DNA of 64,000 bases from Dehalococcoidia bacterium (GTDB lineage: Bacteria > Chloroflexota > Dehalococcoidia > Bin125): contig OY820591.1 in the NCBI GenBank assembly GCA_963555985.3, positions 320,001 to 384,000 on the forward strand. The letters are read 5' to 3'. Made by a program: the position numbers and the translations under genes. The notes below the pieces were generated by a model. That model was given only the letters and a program-made list of their open reading frames with translations. It ran no database searches and was not told where the DNA came from. Numbering within the stretch: the first letter of the stretch is position 1; each line of letters begins with the position of its first letter. Shown here one piece after another: positions 9,778 through 18,659 of this stretch.

Positions 9778-9908
9778 CTGGGTCTCCTGTCTCGCTGCCG
9801 ATCCCTTCAGAGGGTATGACTGGGGCTTCGAGCCGATCCATACGGCCGCGTAGATTCGTTAGCCTCGCTTCGCACGGAACATCGCGCTCTGACACGAGGG
9901 AGTCGAAG

Positions 9909-11516
9909 ATGGAGTTGCTCTTCACCGGCGGGCGTGTGCTGACGATGGATGCGCTCGATCGCATCGCTTCGGGTGTCGCGGTGCGCGATGGCCGGATCGT
10001 CGCGGTCGGAGAGAGCGACGAGGTACGCAACGCGGTCAGTCCCGACGCGACCCACGTCGAATTGCAGGGACGCGCCCTGATCCCAGGCTTCTGCGACCCG
10101 CACAATCACTTCTCGATGACGACGTTTGAGCCGCGCTCGGTCGATTGCCGCATTCCGCCGCTGGCAGGGAAGCCGGCTGTGCTTGATGCGATCGCGGTTG
10201 CCGCGGCTGGAAGTCCGGCCGGGCAGTGGGTCTGGGGTCTCGGCTACAGCGCGCGACATGCGAACGGCGGTTGGCTGACCCGCTCCGAACTGGACGACGC
10301 GGCTCCGAACAATCCAGTTTGCGTGATGGACTTCTCCTATCACGCCAGTTACGCCAACTCCGCGGCGATGGCGATTGCGGGGATCAATTTCGAGACTCCC
10401 GATCCGCGCGGCGGCCAGATTCTGCGAGACGAGAGCGGCGAGGCGACGGGGATGCTCTACGAGCGGGCGTCCGATCTCGTCCACCACGCTTCGATGCGGG
10501 CGCACATCGACACGCTCGGACCTGAGGTCGTAGCTGATCTCGTTGAGCAGAACGCGCTGCGTCATCTGTCGCATGGGGTGACTAGCGTGGGCGACGCGGT
10601 GGTCATGCCGGAAAGCGCGGAGATGTACCGCCTCGCCGACGAGCGCGGCAAGCTGCCGATCGTAATTCATCAGATGCGGGGCGGGAACGGCTTCTTCGCC
10701 GCGCCCGAGGCGGCGGCAGGCGGGGCGTTCTTGCAGGACGACGTGTCGGATCGGCTGCGGGGCGGGATCGTGAAGCTGTTCATGGATCCGGTCTATCCCT
10801 CGAACGCGCTGCGCAAGTGCCACGCGGACGGCACGTTTGAGGATGTGGGCGAGCCGTACTACAACCAAGATGAGGTGGATCAGCTCGTGCTGAACGCCGC
10901 TTCGCACGGCTTGCAGACGGCGATTCACTGTCTCGGCAATCGCGCCATTGAGCAGGCGCTCAACACCTACGAACGTGTCCAGCGCGAGATTGCGCGCAGC
11001 GACGCCCGCTACCGGATCGAGCACTTCTTCTTTGCGGATCCGGGTCAGATGGAGCGGGCAGCGTCGCTTGGGGTGATCATCTCGCACCAGCCCGCCTTCC
11101 TCTATTCGGTCGGGCAGGGGTTCGTCGATTTCATCGCGGATGCGGGCCTCACGATCCCGCCGCTGCCCTACCGCTCGTTCCTCGACGCGGGCGTGACGGT
11201 GGCGTCGGGTTCGGATTTCCCCTGCGCGCCGGTCGAACCGCTGCTTGGTCTCTACGGGTTGACCGCGCGTCGCTCGCGCGACGGCGATCTGATCGCAGAG
11301 GAGGAAACGCTTTCGCCGCTCGAAGCGCTGCGCACACAGACGATCAACTCGGCGGTTGCGATGTTCCGCGATCACGAGGTCGGCTCAATCGAAGTCGGCA
11401 AACGCGCCGATTTGGTCGTCCTGAGCCACGACCCGTCGTTGGTGGACGCCGAGTACATCCGCGAGATCGTGGTTCAGCAGACGTACGTTGACGGTGAGCT
11501 GAAGTACGCGGTCTAA
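9909..11516 (+). CDS. YtcJ-like metal-dependent amidohydrolase (Amidohydro_3), paralog 1
   Basis: PGFCDPHNH, AIHCLGNRA, RIEH, GSDFP, GSIEVGKRADLVVL. Confidence 0.88.
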   Translation: MELLFTGGRVLTMDALDRIASGVAVRDGRIVAVGESDEVRNAVSPDATHVELQGRALIPGFCDPHNHFSMTTFEPRSVDCRIPPLAGKPAVLDAIAVAAAGSPAGQWVWGLGYSARHANGGWLTRSELDDAAPNNPVCVMDFSYHASYANSAAMAIAGINFETPDPRGGQILRDESGEATGMLYERASDLVHHASMRAHIDTLGPEVVADLVEQNALRHLSHGVTSVGDAVVMPESAEMYRLADERGKLPIVIHQMRGGNGFFAAPEAAAGGAFLQDDVSDRLRGGIVKLFMDPVYPSNALRKCHADGTFEDVGEPYYNQDEVDQLVLNAASHGLQTAIHCLGNRAIEQALNTYERVQREIARSDARYRIEHFFFADPGQMERAASLGVIISHQPAFLYSVGQGFVDFIADAGLTIPPLPYRSFLDAGVTVASGSDFPCAPVEPLLGLYGLTARRSRDGDLIAEEETLSPLEALRTQTINSAVAMFRDHEVGSIEVGKRADLVVLSHDPSLVDAEYIREIVVQQTYVDGELKYAV

Positions 11517-11553
11517 CAGGCTGAATGAACAGTCTGCGCGTTAGCGCTCATTG

Positions 11554-11602
11554 CTCTCCCCCCGCATTGCGGGGGGAGATGTCCCGTAGGGACGGAGGAG
11601 GG
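11554..11602. repeat. REP-like double-hairpin repeat (family A)
   Basis: CTCTCCCCCCGC-ATT-GCGGGGGGAG followed by GTCCC-GTA-GGGAC. Confidence 0.75.
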
Positions 11603-11677
11603 CGACCAGAACCAGCGCAACGAAATCGCTAGCCTCTGCGCGCCACTGATAAATCCTGCGCAACCGAGGAGTTGATC

Positions 11678-13294
11678 ATGGAACTGCTATTCACCGGCGG
11701 ACGAGTACTGACGATCGATCCGCTCGATCGCATTGTCTCCGGCGTTGCCGTGCGCGACGGCCGGATCGTCGCGGTCGGCGACAGCGATGAGGTGCGCAAC
11801 GCGGTTGGGCCTGACGCGACCCACGTCGATCTGCGCGGCCGTGCGCTCGTGCCCGGTTTCTGCGACCCGCACAACCACTTCTCGATGACCACCTTCGAGC
11901 CGCGCTCGGTCGACTGCCGCACGCCGCCGCTGGCAGGACCGCGGCAGGTACTTGACGCCATCGCGGCGGCGGCGGCCGGCAGTCCGGACGGGCAGTGGAT
12001 TTGGGGTTTGGGTTTCGCCGCCCGCAACTTTGAGCCTTCCGGCGATGATGTGCTGCACCGCCGCGAGTTGGACGAGGCCGCGCCGAACAATCCGGTCTGC
12101 GTGATGGACTCTTCCTATCACGCCTGCTACGCCAACTCGGCGGCGATGGCGCTGGTCGGCATCAACCGCGATACGCCGAATCCGCCCGGCGGCGAGATTC
12201 GCAAGGACGACCACGGCGAGCCGAACGGGATTCTGTGGGAGCGGGCGATGGACCCGGTGCATCATGCCTCGATGCGCTCGTATATCGACACGTTCGGCCC
12301 CGAGGTCGTGGCCGGCTTGGTCGAGCAGAATGCGCGCCGCCACCTCTCGCACGGAATCACCAGCGTCGGCGATGCGTTGGTGATGCCCGAAAGCGCGGAG
12401 ATCTATCGGCTGACCGATGAACGCGGCCAGCTGCCGATCGTGATCCACCAGATGCGAGGCGGGCCGGGCTTCTTCGCTGCGCCCGAGGACGCTGCCGGCG
12501 GCGCGTTCATGGAAGACGATGTTTCCGACCGGCTGCGCGGCGGGATCGTCAAGATTTTTATGGACCCGGTCTGGCCGAGTCCGGCGCTGGAAATCTGCCA
12601 TGCCGATGGGACGACCAATCCGGTGGGCGAGCCGTACTACGGGCAGGAAGAGGTTGATCACCTCGTGCTCGACGCCGCCTCGCACGGGTTGCAGGTGGCG
12701 ATTCACTGCATCGGGAACCGCGCCATCGACCAGGCGTTGAATGCGTTTGAGCGTGCTCAGCGGGAGTATCCGCGCGATGATCCGCGTTACCGGATTGAGC
12801 ACTTCAGCTTCGGTCTGGCGGAGCAGATGGAGCGGGCGCGCTCGCTCGGCGTGATCGTTTCGCACCAGCCGCCCTTCCTGAACGCGATTGGCGAGTACTT
12901 CGAGATGCGGATCGCCGAAACGGGACTGGACGCGATCCCGATCCCCTATCGCTCAATGCTGGACGCGGGCGTCTTCGTCGCCTCCGGCTCCGACTTTCCC
13001 TGCGCTCCGGTCGAACCTCTGCTCGGCCTCTATGGATTGGTCGGGCGGACGGCGCGCGACGGTCATCAGGTCGCGCCGGACGAAACGATCGCTCCGCTCG
13101 AAGCCATCCGCACCTACACGCTCAACTCCGCTACGGCCATGTTCCGCGAGCACGAGGTCGGCTCGATCGAGGTCGGCAAGCGCGCCGATCTGGTCGTGAT
13201 GAGTCACGATCCGACGCTGGTGGATCCGACCTTTATCCGCGAGATCGTGGTGCAGCAGACGTATATCGATGGAGACTTGGTGTATTCGATGTAG
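11678..13294 (+). CDS. YtcJ-like amidohydrolase, paralog 2 (tandem duplicate)
   Basis: Same motifs; colinear and highly similar to 9909-11516; GAGGAG RBS. Confidence 0.88.
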   Translation: MELLFTGGRVLTIDPLDRIVSGVAVRDGRIVAVGDSDEVRNAVGPDATHVDLRGRALVPGFCDPHNHFSMTTFEPRSVDCRTPPLAGPRQVLDAIAAAAAGSPDGQWIWGLGFAARNFEPSGDDVLHRRELDEAAPNNPVCVMDSSYHACYANSAAMALVGINRDTPNPPGGEIRKDDHGEPNGILWERAMDPVHHASMRSYIDTFGPEVVAGLVEQNARRHLSHGITSVGDALVMPESAEIYRLTDERGQLPIVIHQMRGGPGFFAAPEDAAGGAFMEDDVSDRLRGGIVKIFMDPVWPSPALEICHADGTTNPVGEPYYGQEEVDHLVLDAASHGLQVAIHCIGNRAIDQALNAFERAQREYPRDDPRYRIEHFSFGLAEQMERARSLGVIVSHQPPFLNAIGEYFEMRIAETGLDAIPIPYRSMLDAGVFVASGSDFPCAPVEPLLGLYGLVGRTARDGHQVAPDETIAPLEAIRTYTLNSATAMFREHEVGSIEVGKRADLVVMSHDPTLVDPTFIREIVVQQTYIDGDLVYSM

Positions 13295-13308
13295 GGGGCT
13301 GACATGCG

Positions 13309-14418
13309 CTAATCGCGAGTCCAGGCTTGGCCGTCCGTGTCCGCTTTGGGCAGGAATTGTTGATACCAGCGGCGCATCTCGTAGACCGGGCCGTCGTCTC
13401 GGCAGAGCTTCGGCTGAGGGATGTGGACCTTGTTCTCCCAGATGTCGACATCTTGAGGCAACTGCGAGGCCCAGCTTCCGATCACGTACCAGACCAACCA
13501 GCGAGGCAGTCTGCGGTCGGCGAACCAGCGGTAGTCCACCTGCTGTTCGAGCGGGCTGATGGGGAGGAAAGTCTTGTACATGGCGATTTCGCCTCGGCCA
13601 GGGAGGTCGAAGCGAAAGAGCAGCAGGCTGCCGGGGCCGAAGTAGGAGACGCGCACGCGGGCTTCGGTGCGCATGGACAGGCGGCCAAAGATTCGCAAGA
13701 GCACGTAGTCATCGAAGTGCATCAGCCAGGGATGGTCCTCGTCCAGCGTCCACTTGGCCGTGTGCACGATCTCAATGCCCGGGATCGGCACTTGCGTCCA
13801 GGGCACTCGAAACTGCCCGTGCAGCGCCTGGAAGTGGGCCGTGTCCACCGCGTTGTCGGCGATCTCGATGATGTGCATCCGCACGCGGCCGACATTGCGA
13901 TGACCGCGCATGAGGAAACGTTCCTCGTCTACTTCGGGGATGCGCGGGACATCATACGGAGGCGGTGAAGCCTCATCGTCCGATGAACCGTCGCTGCGGT
14001 GGTAGAGGAACAACTGACCGTGGACTTCTTGGAGCGGATACGTCCGTGCCAGGACGCGGTTCGGAGGCAGGTCGCTGTAGGGAATATGCGCGACGCGGCC
14101 ATCTCCGCTGAATTGCCAGAGGTGGAACGGGCACTCGAGACAGTCGCCGCGAACACGTCCGCGAGCGAGGTTGGCGCCCAGATGCGGGCAGAAGGCGTCC
14201 AGCAGATGGATTTCGCCGCTGTCCCGTTCACGCCAGAGGACAAAGCGCTTGCCCAGGCATTCGAGCTCACGAATCTCGCCGGGGCGAATGGAGTCGGTTG
14301 ACGCCAGTCGATACCAGCCCGTGGGGTAGGGATGGGGGTAGCCCTCCGCCTGTTGCGTTTCCCAGCGCGCTTCCAGAAGCGGGGAGTTGCCGTCGCGTCG
14401 GCGCCTGAGACTCAGCAT
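13309..14418 (-). CDS. Rieske oxygenase, Neverland/KshA-like, copy 2
   Basis: YPHPYPTGWY, CPHLGANL..CLECPFH, DNAVDTAHFQALH, QDVDIWENK..DGPVYEMRRWYQQF; start overlaps the SMT stop. Confidence 0.8.
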   Translation of the reverse strand: MLSLRRRRDGNSPLLEARWETQQAEGYPHPYPTGWYRLASTDSIRPGEIRELECLGKRFVLWRERDSGEIHLLDAFCPHLGANLARGRVRGDCLECPFHLWQFSGDGRVAHIPYSDLPPNRVLARTYPLQEVHGQLFLYHRSDGSSDDEASPPPYDVPRIPEVDEERFLMRGHRNVGRVRMHIIEIADNAVDTAHFQALHGQFRVPWTQVPIPGIEIVHTAKWTLDEDHPWLMHFDDYVLLRIFGRLSMRTEARVRVSYFGPGSLLLFRFDLPGRGEIAMYKTFLPISPLEQQVDYRWFADRRLPRWLVWYVIGSWASQLPQDVDIWENKVHIPQPKLCRDDGPVYEMRRWYQQFLPKADTDGQAWTRD

Positions 14419-15473
14419 GGCGTCTCTTCGTCAGCGGGGGGCTTTCGAGCGTGGATGAGGAAGCTGGGGGTGAAGATTTCGAGTTGGCCGGCTTCGACGA
14501 GGGCGTCGGCGGCGATGTTGAGGAAGCTTGCGGTTTCGCTAGTTCCCGCCGGGGCGATGCGCAGCGTTTCGAGGAAATTCGTGACGGCCGCGGTGAAGCG
14601 GCGACCGACGGGCGTCCGCGCCCATGAGCTCAGGGAGAAGTCGCGTCCCTGCAGCGCCATGTACCAGGGCGTGTCGGGGTTGCCGTTGGCGGCCTGCTGG
14701 TCGATGGCCTGGATGATCTCGAAGCCGGCCTGTCGAACGACCTCCACATGCTGTTCGGTGGTGGGCAGGTCGGGCACGGCGTTGGTGGTCTCGATGCGGT
14801 TGCGGATGTCCTGATGCTGGGGATTGTCGGGGTCGAAGCGATCGGTGAGGCACCAATCGACGATCGCCATTTCGGCGCCGGGCTTGAGTAGGCGGTAGAG
14901 CTCGCGGAAGAGGAGCAGGTTGTTGGGGGCGTGGCAGACGGCCTCGAAGGAGTAGATGGCGTCGAAGGTCTCGTCCTCGAGGGGGACGTCCATGAAGTTG
15001 GCGTAGAGGAAGTGGCAGGTTTGTTGCAGTCCGGCCTTGTCGACCATGTGTCGGCCGCGCTCGATCTGGTAGGTGTTGTAGTTGATGCCGGTGATGTTGG
15101 CGCCGGTCGCTTTAGCGATCGTGACCAGCGGCCCGCCGACGCCGCAGCCGAGATCGGCGACGTCCATACCCGGCTTGAGCCGCAGGATCTCTCCGATTTC
15201 TTCGTCGTGCCGTCGCTGGGAGGCGGCCAGGTTCTCTCCGGGCCGGCGGGGCGAGAAGTGGAAGGTCGAGCCCCAGCCGAATTCGTAGAACCGCGTGACG
15301 GCGTCGTAGAAGCGGCTGACCAGCCTGGGCTGTTCGGCGATTCTCGCGGCGTCTTCCTGCGATTCGCTCAGTTCCTTGATCTGCTGGTAGTCGTGCAGCG
15401 CCTCGCGGATTCCGCTGTTCGGGTTGGCTTCACCGCTCGGTGGGGTGCGGGTCTCCGGTTGGACTTTGGCCAT
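14412..15473 (-). CDS. smt: sterol C24-methyltransferase (SMT/ERG6-like)
   Basis: SMT region I YEFGWGSTFHF, II DLGCGVGGP, III YSFEAVCHAP, IV VDWC; C-terminal LVEAGQLEIFTPSFLIHARKP. Confidence 0.88.
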   Translation of the reverse strand: MAKVQPETRTPPSGEANPNSGIREALHDYQQIKELSESQEDAARIAEQPRLVSRFYDAVTRFYEFGWGSTFHFSPRRPGENLAASQRRHDEEIGEILRLKPGMDVADLGCGVGGPLVTIAKATGANITGINYNTYQIERGRHMVDKAGLQQTCHFLYANFMDVPLEDETFDAIYSFEAVCHAPNNLLLFRELYRLLKPGAEMAIVDWCLTDRFDPDNPQHQDIRNRIETTNAVPDLPTTEQHVEVVRQAGFEIIQAIDQQAANGNPDTPWYMALQGRDFSLSSWARTPVGRRFTAAVTNFLETLRIAPAGTSETASFLNIAADALVEAGQLEIFTPSFLIHARKPPADEETPC

Positions 15474-15620
15474 GGCCGCCTCTCGCGAGTCTTTGCGTTC
15501 GAGCCATGATAGCGTCCTGAATATTCACCTCAAATTCATTACAAGAGATTCAGAACTGCAAGCAAGACACGATACCGATCCTCTACCGCTCAATGATCGG
15601 TACAGGTTGACTGTCAGCTT

Positions 15621-16283
15621 CTACGGCTGCCAGATTGTCCCCAGGCGCGTCTTTCCGCGCCAGGACTCTACCGAGATCACGAAGCGACGGATGTCCGGTA
15701 CGGCGTAGTCCACCGTGAGCTCGGCGAGTCCAGACAGACCTTGAGTCGCAGCGCGCTGCTCGATGGATTGAAATGACTCGAAGGAACGCTTGGTGACTTT
15801 GCCGAACATGGGCATGGCGAAGCCGGAGTTGATCGGGCAGACCGTGATCCGCTCCATGTAGCTGTCGACCAAGCCGCGAGTGTCCAAGGTGAGCACGTCG
15901 TGCGGATCGTTCCGGTAGGGTGCTGCGTTGAGCATTCGCATGAGGCGGTCTTCGGAGAGCCAGAGGAACGCCTTGCGATTGAGGAAGCGGTACCACTGCT
16001 CGGGCGTGATGCCGTCCAATCCCTTCGCCAGGTGTTTGGGCGGCATGGGCCATTGGTCGCGGATCACAGCGGTCCCGTGGATTGGATGATTGATCGGTAC
16101 CTTCGCCGGCCGCCACTGTGATTCAAGGCTGGTTCGATCCTTGCCGTCAAGCTCGAACAGATCCAGCAAGGCGGTCGTGCTGAGCAGCCCTTGCTCGCAA
16201 ATGCGCGGCCAACTGCCTGACTCGGCCATGTGGTAGAGGCGCGGATATCGCGCGACGAACTGATCCAGCAGGCGGGAGATCAC
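15621..16283 (-). CDS. hypothetical protein, DUF7002-like (possible DarT/ADP-ribosyltransferase-related fold)
   Basis: LYHMAE.GSWP.I..GLLST, IRDQ.PM, WY.FLN.K.F.W, late PINSG and AEL.V motifs. Confidence 0.55.
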   Translation of the reverse strand: MISRLLDQFVARYPRLYHMAESGSWPRICEQGLLSTTALLDLFELDGKDRTSLESQWRPAKVPINHPIHGTAVIRDQWPMPPKHLAKGLDGITPEQWYRFLNRKAFLWLSEDRLMRMLNAAPYRNDPHDVLTLDTRGLVDSYMERITVCPINSGFAMPMFGKVTKRSFESFQSIEQRAATQGLSGLAELTVDYAVPDIRRFVISVESWRGKTRLGTIWQP

Positions 16284-16516
16284 TGTCCTGGCTCCGATCG
16301 TCTATTGGCTCGCTGGGCGGCTTTGTTGGGCGCGGGCGGGAGTATTTTCGACCGCGCAGCGTGGATTGGCAGTGGAAGGCGGGGAATTGTCCGACAGATA
16401 GTCCGAGATAGTCCAGATTTGTCCAGATCCGTCTGGATTTGTGGAGTGTGTGTGGCCGATTTTGTGGTGTGAATCCGGGGTTGTCCAGCTCTGTCCAGAT
16501 GGGCTGCGGCGGTCAT
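16280..16516 (-). CDS. short leader-like ORF containing 10-bp repeats (QIQTDLDKSG)
   Basis: 78-aa ORF downstream of TATAAT; TGA overlaps GTG of the next gene; repeats at 16401-16440. Confidence 0.35.
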   Translation of the reverse strand: MTAAAHLDRAGQPRIHTTKSATHTPQIQTDLDKSGLSRTICRTIPRLPLPIHAARSKILPPAPNKAAQRANRRSEPGQ

Positions 16517-16557
16517 GGCGGGTTCCGTTGTTGTCGGCGAGGGGGTGGGTGCGGTCG

Positions 16558-16578
16558 ATTATATGTGGACGGGTGTTC
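16558..16578 (-). promoter_or_regulatory. sigma70 -10 box with adjacent LexA-like (GAAC-N4-GTTC) box
   Basis: Minus strand GAACacccGTCC-aca-TATAAT. Confidence 0.55.
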
Positions 16579-16644
16579 GGTGGCGGGCCTTGGCTGTGCG
16601 GGGTTGTTGCGGGGGTGACAGTCGTGTTAGGGGGCGGGTCGAAT

Positions 16645-16811
16645 CCCCTCTGTCACTTCGTGACATCTCCCTCCCCGCCTGCGGAGGGAGATGCCGCGGG
16701 CAGAGAGGGGTCTGGGGTGGTCGCCGTTGCTGTGTGATCCCATCTGGTCAGGCGCAGCGGGGACCCCCCCTCTGTCACTTCGTGACATCTCCCCCCGCAA
16801 GGGGGGGAGAG
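16645..16811. repeat. cluster of REP-like repeats (family A)
   Basis: Two copies of CCCCTCTGTCACTTCGTGACATCTCCC..GGGAG (16645, 16764) plus a partial inverted copy. Confidence 0.8.
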
Positions 16812-16824
16812 GAGAGCGGACTTT

Positions 16825-17001
16825 TGCAAAAAGCACTCTCCCGGCGTCAACTCCGTTGCGGCTCTCAAGAACCATTGTCGTTTCCACCGATGACACAACC
16901 GACAGGCGGCAATCATTCGCAGTGATTAGCGCTTATCTGAGTTCTTCAGCATCTGCTTCTCCCAACAGAATGAATACAAGGACCGAGGTGTCGATGATCA
17001 A
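16825..17001 (-). pseudogene. vapC: truncated VapC (PIN) toxin pseudogene
   Basis: TTG start overlapping the antitoxin stop; MIIDTSVLVFILLGEADAEELR*ALITANDCRLSVVSSVETTMVLESRNG; in-frame TAA at 16933-16935; cut off at the REP cluster. Confidence 0.75.
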
Positions 17002-17255
17002 TATGGGAGTCCATTTTCGTCGTACATCCAGTGGTCGATGTCTCTCTGGGTCATGGGTCGCTTGATCACGGCCTCAATCTCCTCGAAGCCAGATCCAGCT
17101 CGGGACATCTCACGGATCTTCGCCTCGATCGCTTGCTCGCGTTCGATTGCCGACCGCAGTTCCGCTGTGATTGCCTTTTCCGGCGACACGCCGGTCAACG
17201 ACGCAAGTTCGCGTGCCAGTCGGCAGGTCTCTTCGTTCGTGATCGTCAGGCTCAT
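16998..17255 (-). CDS. vapB: VapB antitoxin (Rv0623-like)
   Basis: MSLTITNEETCRLARELASLTG..AIT and C-terminal MYDENGLP. Confidence 0.8.
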   Translation of the reverse strand: MSLTITNEETCRLARELASLTGVSPEKAITAELRSAIEREQAIEAKIREMSRAGSGFEEIEAVIKRPMTQRDIDHWMYDENGLPY

Positions 17256-17343
17256 GCGACACTCGCAGTCCCGTCTTGCAGGGTCCTGATTACGATATCG
17301 CGCTCCGCTAGCCTGAGGGCGCTGGAGACTTGGTTCGGAGGGA

Positions 17344-18567
17344 GTGCGAGTGACTGCTGAACAGCCAACTGCGACGCCGTTGTTGAAGGGCCTCAAAGTC
17401 GTCGAGATGGCGACCTGGCTGTTCGGGCCGATGAGCGCCTGCATTTTGGGCGAGCTCGGCGCCGACGTGATCAAGGTCGAGCCGCATGAGGGCGATCCGA
17501 TGCGCGGGTTGATTCATCGGCTGCATGACGGGGTGGATTGGGTCTTTGAGATTCCCAATCGGAACAAACGCAGCGTGGCTCTGAATGTGCGCACGCCCGA
17601 GGGCATCGAGGCGCTGCGCCGGCTGCTGAGCGACGCCGACGTGTTCATCGTCAATCTGCGGCGGGGCGCGCTGGAGCGGCTGGGGATCGACTATGGGTCG
17701 ATCCAGGCGGAGCATCCGCGTTTGATCTACGCGCACGCGACCGGCTACGGCACGGAGGGGCCGGATATCGACCGTCCCGCCTTTGACGAGCTGGCTTACT
17801 GGGCGCGGGGCGGGTTCATGGAGACGCTCGGCCCGCCCGACAGCGAGCCGATCCGGTTGGTCGGCGCGATGGGCGATTTGCCCAGCGCGATGAATCTCTC
17901 GGCGGCGATCTTCGCGGCGCTGTATCAGCGCGAGTTGACCGGCGAGGGGCAGTTCGTGACCTGCTCGCTTTACGGCGGCGGGATTTGGGCGAACGGCTTT
18001 GCGATCCAGGGTGCGCTGGCAACCGGTCAGAACTTCCCACGCAGCGACCGCTACAGCGCGTTCAATCCGCTGTACAACTCCTATCGAGCGGCGGACGGCA
18101 AGTGGATGCAGTTGGCGATGATCCAGGAGGAGCGCTTCTGGGGTCCGTTTGCGGAAGCGATTGAGCAGCCGATTTTGACGGAGGATGCGCGGTTTGCGGT
18201 CGCCAATGAGCGGCGGAAGCACATCCGCGAGGCGGTGGAGGTGATCGAGCGGCGGATCGGCGAGCAGCCGCGCGAGCACTGGGCGGCGATCTTCGACGCC
18301 AACGACTTTCCCTGGGCGCCGGCGGCGGATTCAGTGGAGATCGCCAATGATCCGCAGGCGGCGGCCAACGGCTACGTGCGCACGATGCAGCATCGGACGG
18401 CTGGCGAGTTCAAGATTTTCGGTCTGCCGTTCCAGCTCGAGCAGGCGCCGGCGAAGACGTTCAGCAGCGCGCCTGAGTTGGGCGAGCACACCGAGCTGGT
18501 GCTGGAAGAGTTGGGCTACGACTGGGACGAGATCGCAGGTATGAAGCAGGCGGGGGTGATTCCTTAG
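17344..18567 (+). CDS. CoA-transferase family III (CaiB/BaiF)
   Basis: LGADVIKVEP.GDP.R, NRNKRSVALN, APELGEHT. Confidence 0.9.
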   Translation: MRVTAEQPTATPLLKGLKVVEMATWLFGPMSACILGELGADVIKVEPHEGDPMRGLIHRLHDGVDWVFEIPNRNKRSVALNVRTPEGIEALRRLLSDADVFIVNLRRGALERLGIDYGSIQAEHPRLIYAHATGYGTEGPDIDRPAFDELAYWARGGFMETLGPPDSEPIRLVGAMGDLPSAMNLSAAIFAALYQRELTGEGQFVTCSLYGGGIWANGFAIQGALATGQNFPRSDRYSAFNPLYNSYRAADGKWMQLAMIQEERFWGPFAEAIEQPILTEDARFAVANERRKHIREAVEVIERRIGEQPREHWAAIFDANDFPWAPAADSVEIANDPQAAANGYVRTMQHRTAGEFKIFGLPFQLEQAPAKTFSSAPELGEHTELVLEELGYDWDEIAGMKQAGVIP

Positions 18568-18587
18568 AGGGCAAGGAATGCCAGAAC

Positions 18588-18642
18588 CCTCACCCCAGCT
18601 CCCCGCCTGCGCGGGGACAGGCTCTCTTCCAGGGGGAGAGGG
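18588..18642. repeat. REP-like repeat (CCCTCACCCC...CTCT.CC..GGGAGAGGG family B)
   Basis: Intergenic hairpin; related copy at 35331-35395. Confidence 0.55.
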
Positions 18643-18659
18643 AGCAAGAAGGAGAGCAG

